DNA of 64,000 bases, from IMG/VR virus record IMGVR_UViG_3300035515_000158; one strand, given 5' to 3'. A program made the position numbers and the translations under genes. Below the pieces are notes generated by a model, which did not search any database, was not told the origin of the DNA, and saw only the letters and a program-made list of their open reading frames with translations. Shown here in pieces: positions 48,878 to 58,623 of the stretch; position 1 is the first letter of the stretch; each line of letters starts with the position of its first letter. The stretch comes from a virus (lineage: Duplodnaviria > Heunggongvirae > Uroviricota > Caudoviricetes).

Positions 48878-50326
48878 ATGTTTATAATTCCATGTTTTGA
48901 GGATTATGTGTTTGAAAAGTCATCTTTAGATATTGAAATTAATACTAAAGATGATACAGATGAAAATACCTTTAAAATTGACATTACTGATGAAAATGGT
49001 GAACCTAAAACTTATAGTGTTACAAATGATAAAATAATGTTAATTAAAGATGATAAATCCGAAGAAGAAGTCACCGATAAAACATTAAAGAAAGCAATTA
49101 TCAGAGCTGTAAGAAATATTAAAAATGTAAAAAAGAAAATTAAATATAGTTATGTAGATCGAGTAATTAATGATTGTAGTGATGAATTAGAAGATGAAAT
49201 GTATGATGACATCGAAACAGGTAAATTGAATATCAATATATCAAATTCATTAAAAAATATATTAGGAAAAAAGGTAGAAAAAAAATTTAGTTGTATGCAT
49301 CTTAACATATTACCCAGACCTACTCCAAAAGAAGATATCGAAATACCCGAAGGTTTACAACAAACACTTAAAAAATGGTTTAAAAAATCTATACACTCTA
49401 TTGGTAAGGGGGAATTTTTATTACCTATAATTTTTAGTGATGTTAAAAAAATACATAAAGGTGATAAAGGTGATGATGTACTCATACGAAAATCATCTAA
49501 TATTAATATTGAAGTAAAGACTGCTGGTGCGGGTTTTAAAGTTAAGAGAGAATATTATGGGAGTGTTAAAGATGAAGAAGATAGACTAAGATTAACGTTT
49601 TTAAAAAGTTTGTTAACATATGCTAAGGGTAGAAATCTTGGTAATTTATTTTTATTTATTTTTGATAATAAAATTAAAAACACATCAGAAACTGATAAAG
49701 TTGATATAGACACAACTGAAACAACTACACAAGAAGATGAAAACAAGAATGGTTCTGATAAATTTAGTAGTTGTCTTGTTATAAATTGTGGAGACACATT
49801 CGGACCAACACAAAAGTATTTCAAAAATAAAGACATTGATAATGACACGGCTACATTATATAATAAATTAAAAAACAAAAAAATTAGTATTGAACTAAAA
49901 GAATGTAACCTTACAGAACATAGTACCACCGACTTTTTTATAGCATATGATACATCATCAGGAAATAAATTAGTTTTCTATACGGGAAAAGATAAATTTG
50001 ATAGGATAGAAGTACGAGAAAAAATAAAAAATATCATTAATGGTTTTAGTAAAGATATTTTAAACAAACTTATAATTGATAAAAATGATGAAATAGAAAT
50101 TATATATAAAAAACTAATTGCTTGGTTAGATTTAGATGAAGTTAGAGATAAATTAAAGGATTATATGTCTCAAAGAGAAGATATTCTGTATTGTATTTCG
50201 GAAAAGTTTAAAGAAGATATATCAGAAGATAAACTTAATAGGTTACATTACCATATTTCTTATATGAAAAAAAACATGAATGAAAATCATCAAGTAAAAA
50301 AATATAGAGATTTTATAAATGATTAA
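48878..50326 (+). CDS. late protein with a possible PD-(D/E)xK core
   Basis: CATAAATA at 48849; GKGEFLL...GDDVLI...IEVKT; N-terminus CFEDYVFE. Confidence 0.55.
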   Translation: MFIIPCFEDYVFEKSSLDIEINTKDDTDENTFKIDITDENGEPKTYSVTNDKIMLIKDDKSEEEVTDKTLKKAIIRAVRNIKNVKKKIKYSYVDRVINDCSDELEDEMYDDIETGKLNINISNSLKNILGKKVEKKFSCMHLNILPRPTPKEDIEIPEGLQQTLKKWFKKSIHSIGKGEFLLPIIFSDVKKIHKGDKGDDVLIRKSSNINIEVKTAGAGFKVKREYYGSVKDEEDRLRLTFLKSLLTYAKGRNLGNLFLFIFDNKIKNTSETDKVDIDTTETTTQEDENKNGSDKFSSCLVINCGDTFGPTQKYFKNKDIDNDTATLYNKLKNKKISIELKECNLTEHSTTDFFIAYDTSSGNKLVFYTGKDKFDRIEVREKIKNIINGFSKDILNKLIIDKNDEIEIIYKKLIAWLDLDEVRDKLKDYMSQREDILYCISEKFKEDISEDKLNRLHYHISYMKKNMNENHQVKKYRDFIND

Positions 50327-50352
50327 AGGAGATGGAAACCCACCTCCTTTTT

Positions 50353-51693
50353 TTATTTTAGTTTTTTCTTCAACTCATTCAAATCATCAAGATACATTTG
50401 TTTTGGATCCTCCTTTGAAATGTCATCTATCTGTTCTTTCTTATCACCAATCTTTTTCAACAATTCTTCATATCGTTCTTTTGTCAAACTATAAATTGGC
50501 ATGGTCAACAAATAATTATAACTGTCATCTATCCGGTCAAAATCATGTTCATCTAACCATGAAACAATTACATCTTTCTTTACACCATTTACATTCAATT
50601 TCTTGTCTATGATATTCTTGATAAACTTGGCTTTGTTGGTTAGTTCATTTAATTCCTTTTTGTGTTTATCTATCATGTAGTCTTTTCGTTTCTGATAATA
50701 ACCTAAACGGAAATTAACAAAATACTCTACAATATCTTCAACACAATCAAAGATTTTTAATTTTCCATACTCATCAAGTGTGGTCAAATTTTCAGTTGAA
50801 CTTTCATTAATTTTCAAGATGTCATCAAGTTTACCTTTTTCTATCAACTCATGTAAATCATCTCTTTTGAATTTTAATGTATAATCAACACCAGCCGACG
50901 AATTGTTATCGTAATCTTTAATGATTTTCTTATCTACTAAAGTGTCAAGATAACTTTCATATTTTTCAAAAGTCCAACTTGGTGGTAGTTCCGTAATATG
51001 TACATCATTCTTATTGACTTCATATTTACCTGTTATAACCCACTTATTTTTATTGTCTTTATCTCTTGTGTATGTACCAGAAAATTCCAAGAACCAAGGT
51101 TTTAATTCCTTCATCTTTTTACCATTCAGGACATCTACACAAGCATTTAGAACATCTTTAGGGTTTCTATTCAATATGTTAGACGCAAATCCAACCGCAA
51201 TACCTGATGTACCATTTAATATGATAGTTGGTAAAATAGGTAGGAAGTAAATTGGTTCAACCTCTTGTCCTTCATCATATCGACTTTCAAGTAATTCAAA
51301 ATCCTTATACAAGTTTCTAAAATTAGGTGAAAGTCTTGTTGATATGTAACGAGGAGCACCGGCACAGGTTGAACGAAGTGAACCATACTGACCAATTCCT
51401 TCCAATAGAGGTAATGAGTTCTTAAATGTCTGTCCCATTACTGTGATAACCGCATTGGCCGACTGATCACCATGATGATAATATGCATCCGCCGCCATTT
51501 GTCCGGATAATTGGAACACCTTCATGGGTTTCTCATTACCTGTTTTCCATATTTTATTAGCGACATATATTACCTTTCTACTGGTTGGTTTTAGACCATC
51601 AATCACAGAAGGAATGGCTCTGTTCTCAATTACATCTATCGCATACTCTTTCAACTCATTGTTCAAAAAGTCTGTTACATTTCTTGTTCTCAT
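50353..51693 (-). CDS. type IIA topoisomerase, breakage-reunion subunit (T4 gp52/GyrA-like)
   Basis: IDGLKP, YHHGD, APRY catalytic Tyr, NGTSGIAVG. Confidence 0.95.
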   Translation of the reverse strand: MRTRNVTDFLNNELKEYAIDVIENRAIPSVIDGLKPTSRKVIYVANKIWKTGNEKPMKVFQLSGQMAADAYYHHGDQSANAVITVMGQTFKNSLPLLEGIGQYGSLRSTCAGAPRYISTRLSPNFRNLYKDFELLESRYDEGQEVEPIYFLPILPTIILNGTSGIAVGFASNILNRNPKDVLNACVDVLNGKKMKELKPWFLEFSGTYTRDKDNKNKWVITGKYEVNKNDVHITELPPSWTFEKYESYLDTLVDKKIIKDYDNNSSAGVDYTLKFKRDDLHELIEKGKLDDILKINESSTENLTTLDEYGKLKIFDCVEDIVEYFVNFRLGYYQKRKDYMIDKHKKELNELTNKAKFIKNIIDKKLNVNGVKKDVIVSWLDEHDFDRIDDSYNYLLTMPIYSLTKERYEELLKKIGDKKEQIDDISKEDPKQMYLDDLNELKKKLK

Positions 51694-53561
51694 TGTCTTA
51701 ATTTTTCCTTTCTTTTTCCTGAATCACCACCAAACCAAATATCTAACTCATCTTGGGCAATGTCATCCAACTCATAATAATAGATGTTTGGATTTTGAAT
51801 AATGTCCTTATAATCTTTATCTTCAAGAGCGGAAAGACCTTTATAATATTCTACATTCCATTTCGTTACATCATTTTTTTCACACCATTCATCATAATCA
51901 GACTTATAGTAGAATTTAATCTCTTTCTTCCCTTGTTTAACTATCAGAATAGGTGTGTCAATCTTAGCAATACGATGTTCCTTGAATAATTCTGGCCAAT
52001 AACAAGCGAAGATATTGACCAACAAAGCTGAAATATTAGAACCATCTGTATCAGCATCAGTCAAGATATTAACCGTATGTATTCTGAGATTATCCTCAAA
52101 CAATTTTCCGTTTCTATATACAAATGGAGATTGACCGAATTTAAGTCCCATTGCAGACATTATACCCTGAATTTCCTTATTTTCCCTAATTTTTTCTTTG
52201 GAAGCATCTCTTGTATTGAGGATTTTACCTTTAATAGAAATAAGTGCTTGTGTTTCAGGGTTACGGAATCTACGGAAACCTGCACTGGCTGAGTCACCTT
52301 CCGTAATTGAAAGTGAGGTGAGGTGTTTTTTAGAAGTTCCCGCAAATTTACAATCAACCAATTTATCTACTTTAATTTTAGACAGGGATTTATTTACTTC
52401 ACGTTCGGCTTTCTTTTCATCAGCCAATTTTTTCTGGTCTAACCAATCAGTAATCGAGTTAGTTATTTCACTCTTATATATCTGATTAAGGAATTTGTCA
52501 GTCAGTTTTATCTCTGTTCCAAAATTCTTTATATCAGTAATCAGTTTTTCCTTTGTCTGACTACTAAATTGTGGATTAAAAACCGTTGAATTAATAAATA
52601 AGAAAATGTGGTTTTTAATCTGACCGGGTAGAATATCTGTTTTATATTTCTTACCGATTTTCTCTCTAAGGAAAGGAATAATTCGATTTAGTATATATTC
52701 CAAGTGTGTACCCCCATCATAGGTATATACACAATTCACATAACTAACTTGTTGAAATGAACCTGTGGGACTAACCGATACCCCAACTTGCCAATCTTTA
52801 TTTTCCTCATACAGTAATAATCCATCATCTTCAATATACATTTTACAGTAATCTTGAAATGAATTGATTTGGATTTTTTTACCATTATAGAAGATATTTA
52901 GATTTGGATTACACCCCGCGATTTCATATACTCGTTTTTCAATCAATTTCAAAACATCATCACCAATTTTATCCATCCCAAATCTACTCAGTTCGGGTGT
53001 GTATGTAATACGAGTGTAGTGTTGAATTGTGTTTTTAATCTGAGCCATGGAATGTTTCTTCATGTTGTCATTCCAATACATACTGAATTTCTTTTCTCCA
53101 TCAGCTGTTTCTACCTCAAATAATGTAGAGAAGATATTTGAAACGACTGAACCAATACCATTAGTTCCCACCCAAGTTCGTTTTTCAGTGTCATCAAAAT
53201 TAGAACCTGCTCTGAGTCTTGAAAAACAAACCGCTGGGATATATTCTTTGGTACCTTCCATCAGTTTAACAGGGATACCACCATTATCAAAAACAGATAT
53301 AGTTCCTTCATACTTATCTATATCTACTTTGATGGTGTTTAATTTAGTTCCTGTTCGCTTACTTTCATCAACTGAATTTGAGATAATTTCATCAAACAAT
53401 TTAAGGAAACCGGGATTATACTCAACTTCTTTCTGAACGAACTTACCATTCTCCAAAACATACTGGGTACTTTTCTCAGTCACAACAGAACCAATATACA
53501 TACCCGGTCTTTGAAGGATGTGGTCAATTTCACTAAGTATTTTATATTTTCTATTTTCCAT
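51690..53561 (-). CDS. type IIA topoisomerase, ATPase+TOPRIM subunit (T4 gp39+gp60 fused, GyrB-like)
   Basis: RPGMYIG, EIISNSVD, DNGGIP, GTNGIG, EGDSA, DADTDG, YYKGL. Confidence 0.95.
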   Translation of the reverse strand: MENRKYKILSEIDHILQRPGMYIGSVVTEKSTQYVLENGKFVQKEVEYNPGFLKLFDEIISNSVDESKRTGTKLNTIKVDIDKYEGTISVFDNGGIPVKLMEGTKEYIPAVCFSRLRAGSNFDDTEKRTWVGTNGIGSVVSNIFSTLFEVETADGEKKFSMYWNDNMKKHSMAQIKNTIQHYTRITYTPELSRFGMDKIGDDVLKLIEKRVYEIAGCNPNLNIFYNGKKIQINSFQDYCKMYIEDDGLLLYEENKDWQVGVSVSPTGSFQQVSYVNCVYTYDGGTHLEYILNRIIPFLREKIGKKYKTDILPGQIKNHIFLFINSTVFNPQFSSQTKEKLITDIKNFGTEIKLTDKFLNQIYKSEITNSITDWLDQKKLADEKKAEREVNKSLSKIKVDKLVDCKFAGTSKKHLTSLSITEGDSASAGFRRFRNPETQALISIKGKILNTRDASKEKIRENKEIQGIMSAMGLKFGQSPFVYRNGKLFEDNLRIHTVNILTDADTDGSNISALLVNIFACYWPELFKEHRIAKIDTPILIVKQGKKEIKFYYKSDYDEWCEKNDVTKWNVEYYKGLSALEDKDYKDIIQNPNIYYYELDDIAQDELDIWFGGDSGKRKEKLRQ

Positions 53562-53607
53562 AACTTAAACATAACAAAAGATGTGGCTTGAATGACCACA
53601 TCTTTAC

Positions 53608-53958
53608 CTATTTATTATTATTTATGTCATCTGGATCAAAGTAACGAAAACCTTGAAAACCTTTGTATGGGATTTTTTCTTCTAAATAATGAAATTTCCC
53701 ACTACGTTCAATAAAGTTTCCCTTAAATTTTCTACCTGTTGTTGTACAAGTAAATTCCTTTGTTGAAAAACCACATATAGTCATCCAACCCTTAATGAAA
53801 CCTTTGTGAACAATATAACATCTATCACCTTCTTTGACCTTAGTGGGGAAATTACTTACCTTGAAGTTTAATATCTCTCCCCTCTCCGCAGCCTTTAGTT
53901 CTTCCTTATAATCCTCCCAATCATAATTAGATGGATATGATATAATGATTGCATTCAT
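53608..53958 (-). CDS. hypothetical protein, PUA/ASCH-like
   Basis: GDRCYIVH..G....KGFQGFRY. Confidence 0.6.
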   Translation of the reverse strand: MNAIIISYPSNYDWEDYKEELKAAERGEILNFKVSNFPTKVKEGDRCYIVHKGFIKGWMTICGFSTKEFTCTTTGRKFKGNFIERSGKFHYLEEKIPYKGFQGFRYFDPDDINNNK

Positions 53959-54415
53959 TGATAAAATCTATTGTTTCTTTGTCACTATTTTCAAATGTTC
54001 GACCATAAATTTCGTAAGTCGTATCAAGTAATTTCTTTTTAATAGAAGAAACTGATACAAAATCTTTCTCTTTTATGATTTTCTTAGCATCCTTTACGAT
54101 TTGTTTAAGAGTTTTGATGTCATTTTTAGATATAACTGACAGAAATCCATCATCCTTAAAAGATTTGTTGAATTTAGAAACTAATTTTTTGAGGTCTTCA
54201 TAATCTTGGATTTCAGTTTCATCCGGTTCTTCAATTACATATTCTTCAACAACCACCTTATTAAAATCAACAAAAGTCGTTAAAGTAGAGACAACCTTAT
54301 CATCAGACTGTTTAATCAAATGTGAACCAGCACGAGTATCATTTTTACCATATCCTCGGTATTCACATATCATTCTTTTTACCAGTTTCTTTTTTGAATA
54401 TTTGTCTTTTACCAT
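53927..54415 (-). CDS. hypothetical protein
   Basis: ORF in operon. Confidence 0.65.
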   Translation of the reverse strand: MVKDKYSKKKLVKRMICEYRGYGKNDTRAGSHLIKQSDDKVVSTLTTFVDFNKVVVEEYVIEEPDETEIQDYEDLKKLVSKFNKSFKDDGFLSVISKNDIKTLKQIVKDAKKIIKEKDFVSVSSIKKKLLDTTYEIYGRTFENSDKETIDFINECNHYIISI

Positions 54416-56058
54416 AATTCTTCGTTTTTTTCTAAGTTCAACCCTTCATCGGCTGGGTAATCTTCTTGTAAATGGTCAACATAAATCTGAGCTCGTTCTT
54501 GTGGCATGTAATAACTCTCATCAGGTTCATTCTCAAGATAGTCATTGTATTCCGTTTTTAATTTAATCTTCTCCGGAAATTCATAGTAGGGATTTGGTTC
54601 ATCATCTGTTTTGAGAATAGAAATCATAAAAATTCGTTCTCGATTTTGAGGAATACCATAATCCTTAGCATTTAATACCTGATAGAAATTCACATATCCA
54701 TAAGACTCCAATTCTTTACACCATTTTTGAAACAAGTGAATGAATTTGTCAGAAACAAGAGCTTTCACATTTTCAAACAAAAGATATTTAGGTCTTTTCT
54801 TAATGATTGTTTTTCGACATTCCCACAAGAGAGATGAACGTGTACCAGAACCTTCAGTACCACCAAGTTGTAATCCAGCTTGTGAAAAATCAGTACAATT
54901 ATGGACAATACAACCATTAGCGGTATATGAATTATCTTTATCAACCTCCATGTTATATACCTCTACTTGACAATCATCATCAGTAGATATTTGTTTTACA
55001 GGACTCCAAAAATAACCATCCTCATAGAAACCATATTTTTCAAGATCTATCCAACATAATTTCCACTCACCACCATCTTCATTAATGATATATGGTTTTT
55101 GATATGACTTCGCAACACACTGAGCTAACTCATATATGAATTTTCTGTTAGTTGAATATATATTACCTTTAATACTATGATCCATTAAAGAAAATTCCTC
55201 ACTTTCAATAATACCATGTAATACTTCTTTCTGAAATTTAATAGGTAGGTTGAGAATATCACTGGTTAGATGTTTCTCTGACTCCGATGAACCAAATGTC
55301 TTAAAATAATCTACAACTTTTTCGACATCATATTTCTTAGCAGTGTCAGTCTCTATAAAACTGTAATAATACTCACCAAATTCCTTAGCCAATTCAGAGT
55401 TATCATTTCCCCAATTTCGACCAAGTAACATACCCAAAACAAACCAGAATGTATCTATCTTAAAATGTGTGTTTAATCCTGTTACTCTTGGTAATTTGGA
55501 TTCATTATTGATGGACACACCTACATAATCAGTAACTTGTAAATCTTGAGCATATTTCCACTTAGTTTTTTTCTTACCCTGATTTTCTCTTACATAAAAT
55601 GGGTGTGTTGGAGTACATTTAATTTCATCAGCATTGGTTGTTGTGACTTTAATTATAACACCACCATGAGTTTTAGACATAGGTGCTAAGACCTTACGAT
55701 ATTTGTTCTTATGTGTCAATACCTCATCATCACAAGTAATATCTTCAATACATTTCATACCATTCTTAGTCATAACAAATGTACCCGCAACAAAACAAGG
55801 TGAACTATATGTGAACAAATCAAAATCAGGAACATTATCCCAATCTATCTTACTGATATCACCATAGTTTCTGTCTTTCCATTGAGGGAACAGTGCATCA
55901 TGAGCTTGGATGGCATACTTATCTATCTCACTCCAACCAACAAGGTCATAATCAAAGTCATATTTTTCTTTTAGAGTATTGAGAGCCATACATTGACTAT
56001 CATAACCTGAGAAAGCTGTGAATACTCTTAATGGATGTTTCTTGTTAAATTCTACCAT
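54409..56058 (-). CDS. C5-cytosine methyltransferase N-terminal half (motifs I-VIII) with intein
   Basis: FSGYDSQ, SP|intein|CTDF, ENV, PQNRER; lacks motifs IX-X. Confidence 0.9.
   Translation of the reverse strand: MVEFNKKHPLRVFTAFSGYDSQCMALNTLKEKYDFDYDLVGWSEIDKYAIQAHDALFPQWKDRNYGDISKIDWDNVPDFDLFTYSSPCFVAGTFVMTKNGMKCIEDITCDDEVLTHKNKYRKVLAPMSKTHGGVIIKVTTTNADEIKCTPTHPFYVRENQGKKKTKWKYAQDLQVTDYVGVSINNESKLPRVTGLNTHFKIDTFWFVLGMLLGRNWGNDNSELAKEFGEYYYSFIETDTAKKYDVEKVVDYFKTFGSSESEKHLTSDILNLPIKFQKEVLHGIIESEEFSLMDHSIKGNIYSTNRKFIYELAQCVAKSYQKPYIINEDGGEWKLCWIDLEKYGFYEDGYFWSPVKQISTDDDCQVEVYNMEVDKDNSYTANGCIVHNCTDFSQAGLQLGGTEGSGTRSSLLWECRKTIIKKRPKYLLFENVKALVSDKFIHLFQKWCKELESYGYVNFYQVLNAKDYGIPQNRERIFMISILKTDDEPNPYYEFPEKIKLKTEYNDYLENEPDESYYMPQERAQIYVDHLQEDYPADEGLNLEKNEELW
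54898..55797 (-). mobile_element. 300-aa intein at the catalytic Pro-Cys
   Basis: Starts CFVAGTFV, LTH block B, ends VYNMEV..NSY.ANG.IVHN|C; degenerate LAGLIDADG-like blocks. Confidence 0.9.
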
Positions 56059-56276
56059 AAAACGTCATCTTGTTGTTTAGGTTTATGAATAAATAATTTT
56101 TCAAACATATTGGACATACAATTAACAACTATAGAATTACCATACATATTACAAAGTTGAGTATGTGAAATTCCACAGTTGGTCATTATATCAATATCTT
56201 CCTCCTTAACACCCATTAATCTTCCTATTTCTTTGGGTGTTAATTTTCTAATTCGATAATATTTTTTCTTAATCAT
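56052..56276 (-). CDS. C5 MTase C-terminal fragment (motifs IX-X only)
   Basis: RKLTPKEIGRLMG...YGNSIVVN. Confidence 0.85.
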   Translation of the reverse strand: MIKKKYYRIRKLTPKEIGRLMGVKEEDIDIMTNCGISHTQLCNMYGNSIVVNCMSNMFEKLFIHKPKQQDDVLW

Positions 56277-56294
56277 AATGTAAAGATAACAAAA

Positions 56295-56828
56295 TTAAAA
56301 GAGTGATGTTTCCGGATTGTTAGATTTTTGACAGAATAATTTTTTGAATATCTCTGACATCACATTTACACATATTGAATTACCAGCTAACTTTTTACAT
56401 TGGGTTTTTGGAACTGTATTTAACAAGGTTTCGACGTCATCATCACATACACCCATTAGTTTGAATGTTTCTCGATTAGTCAATTCCCTAACTTTGTAAT
56501 TCCTATCCCACACATAATTATCAGTAGAAAATGTGGTTAATGTATTGGAAAACCCTTGGTCTGTGACATCTAAATATTTACCTCTACCAAACTTAATCCC
56601 ACTATCACCATATAACCGTCTTAACCTTTTTTCTTCATCAGTTCGTTTTATTTTTAATATCTGAGGTGGTTTTATTTTGTCATTAAAGATATAAACATCA
56701 TCACCTTCAACTGTGCAACATATGTTCAATGAATTTTTAAGATATTTCCTTTTCTCAAATTCATCCTTTTTCAAATATAGACTGTCATCAACATTATATT
56801 CAATTATGTCATCTAAACTTTGTCGCAT
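56295..56828 (-). CDS. C5 MTase C-terminal half (TRD plus motifs IX-X)
   Basis: SLDDIIE..VDDSLYL, SNTLTT, RELTNRETFKLMG, AGNSICVN. Confidence 0.85.
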   Translation of the reverse strand: MRQSLDDIIEYNVDDSLYLKKDEFEKRKYLKNSLNICCTVEGDDVYIFNDKIKPPQILKIKRTDEEKRLRRLYGDSGIKFGRGKYLDVTDQGFSNTLTTFSTDNYVWDRNYKVRELTNRETFKLMGVCDDDVETLLNTVPKTQCKKLAGNSICVNVMSEIFKKLFCQKSNNPETSLF

Positions 56829-56941
56829 GGTCTCACCTCTTTAACTTCCCAACTTCGGTCAAAAATGTTATGGTAAAATATCACTTTATATGGTTCTTGA
56901 CCAACATATATAATCTTACTAAAATAAGGGGACTTCTCCAT
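56813..56941 (-). CDS. possible 42-aa protein
   Basis: MEKSPYFSKIIYVGQEPYKVIF... bridges the operon gap with overlaps at both ends. Confidence 0.35.
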   Translation of the reverse strand: MEKSPYFSKIIYVGQEPYKVIFYHNIFDRSWEVKEVRPCDKV

Positions 56942-57779
56942 CTTCTTTTTTCGTTTTTTCTTTCTTGTTTACATTATATGATACCTTACCATCATACTTT
57001 TCAACTATATTCAACCGTTCCATAATAATCTTATAGTATTCTTCACTGATTTCACTACCAATATATTTTCGATTATTTAGAATACACATCTTGGCCGTTG
57101 TTCCTGAACCCATAAAAGGATCGTAAACAATATCACCAGCATTACTCCAAGATAATATATGGTCTTGTGCTAACTGTTCGGGAAAGACCGCTGGATGACC
57201 TGTTCTATCTTTTTCACATGATGTAGTATAAGTCCAGATGTTATTCCTCAATGAAAACTCAGGAACGGGTTTTATCTTATTATCCCTCTCATCCTTTCCA
57301 TCTTTACTATAATATGTTAGTTTTCCCCAGTTCGTATGACCAGCCCATTTGTTTGGTTTATCACACAACAAATGTATGTCATTCCTAATCTTACCCTTAG
57401 TGAAAACAAACATATATTCAAAAATCTGAGTATATCTTTTTGAATCTGGTTTGGCCGGAAATGCTGATGAATTTTTTTGATATATCATAGTATCATGTAA
57501 CAGAAATCCACAATCCATAAAATAAAGAGCTTGTCTAAATGAAGTTCCTGTTTCTGTTCCACCTATAGTCGCATCACCAACTACCCATACTAAAACTCCA
57601 CCGGGTTTAAGAATACGGTATAATTCATGAGCAAGAGTATCAAATTCAAATGTATATCCATTATAATTCCTCAAAGAATCATATGGGGGAGAAGTGACAA
57701 CCAAATCAACAAAGTTATCACTGATACGTTTACACGTATCGACATTACTCTCATTATATATAGTATTTACTTCAATCAT
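56919..57779 (-). CDS. amino-methyltransferase (N4-C or N6-A, beta class)
   Basis: TSPPY (motif IV) before DPFMGSGTT (motif I); HPAVFP. Confidence 0.93.
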   Translation of the reverse strand: MIEVNTIYNESNVDTCKRISDNFVDLVVTSPPYDSLRNYNGYTFEFDTLAHELYRILKPGGVLVWVVGDATIGGTETGTSFRQALYFMDCGFLLHDTMIYQKNSSAFPAKPDSKRYTQIFEYMFVFTKGKIRNDIHLLCDKPNKWAGHTNWGKLTYYSKDGKDERDNKIKPVPEFSLRNNIWTYTTSCEKDRTGHPAVFPEQLAQDHILSWSNAGDIVYDPFMGSGTTAKMCILNNRKYIGSEISEEYYKIIMERLNIVEKYDGKVSYNVNKKEKTKKEDGEVPLF

Positions 57780-57867
57780 AACCTAAACATAACAAAAAAA
57801 GTAGACCATTTGTTATATCATATAATATACTTAGAATTTGTTATCTTTAAAGTAAATTAATTATAAA

Positions 57868-58599
57868 ATGAAGAAGATAGTAACTTTTATATCAGACACA
57901 CATGGTTTTACTACTAAACTAAATGAATTGATCAATAAGTCTTTACAAACAGAAAATGTTGATCATGGAGATATTATTATATGTAGTGGTGACTGTATGA
58001 CATCAGGTTATCACACTATGGAATTGACTACTTTTTTGTCATGGTTCTCTAAGTTACCATATACATATAAAGTATTTACACCCGGTAATCATGATAGATA
58101 TTTAGAATCTATTGGAGTTGATATGTCTAAGTCTATTTTTGAAACTCCTGAATATTTTGATATGGGTGTGAGATATGTTCAAAATGAATTAATTGAACTT
58201 GATTTTGATGGTGAGATTCTAAAAATATATGGAACGGGTGATCAACCTAAGTTTTGTAACTGGGCATTTAATAGGGATTCCGAAGAATTAATTTTTAGTT
58301 ATTCTAATATTCCAGATGGTATAGATATTTTGATTACTCATTGTCCTCCGTTTGGTATTTTGGACTGTTCTCATGTTCCTAATCCATATCGAAATACTAC
58401 TGGTGAAGAACATTTGGGGAGTGAGGAACTATTGGATCGATTAAATACTATAATAAATCCACCTAAATATCACGTGTTTGGACATATTCATGGTGATGGT
58501 GGTAAAATTATTGAACAAAGTGGTATTACTTTTATCAATGCATCTGTTTGTGATGAAAGTTATAGACCTAAAAATGAAATAAAAACAGTGAGAATTTGA
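57868..58599 (+). CDS. calcineurin-like metallophosphoesterase
   Basis: SDTHG, GDC, GNHD, THCPP, GHIH. Confidence 0.9.
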   Translation: MKKIVTFISDTHGFTTKLNELINKSLQTENVDHGDIIICSGDCMTSGYHTMELTTFLSWFSKLPYTYKVFTPGNHDRYLESIGVDMSKSIFETPEYFDMGVRYVQNELIELDFDGEILKIYGTGDQPKFCNWAFNRDSEELIFSYSNIPDGIDILITHCPPFGILDCSHVPNPYRNTTGEEHLGSEELLDRLNTIINPPKYHVFGHIHGDGGKIIEQSGITFINASVCDESYRPKNEIKTVRI

Positions 58600-58623
58600 T
58601 TTTTCTCACTGTTTTTTATTATA

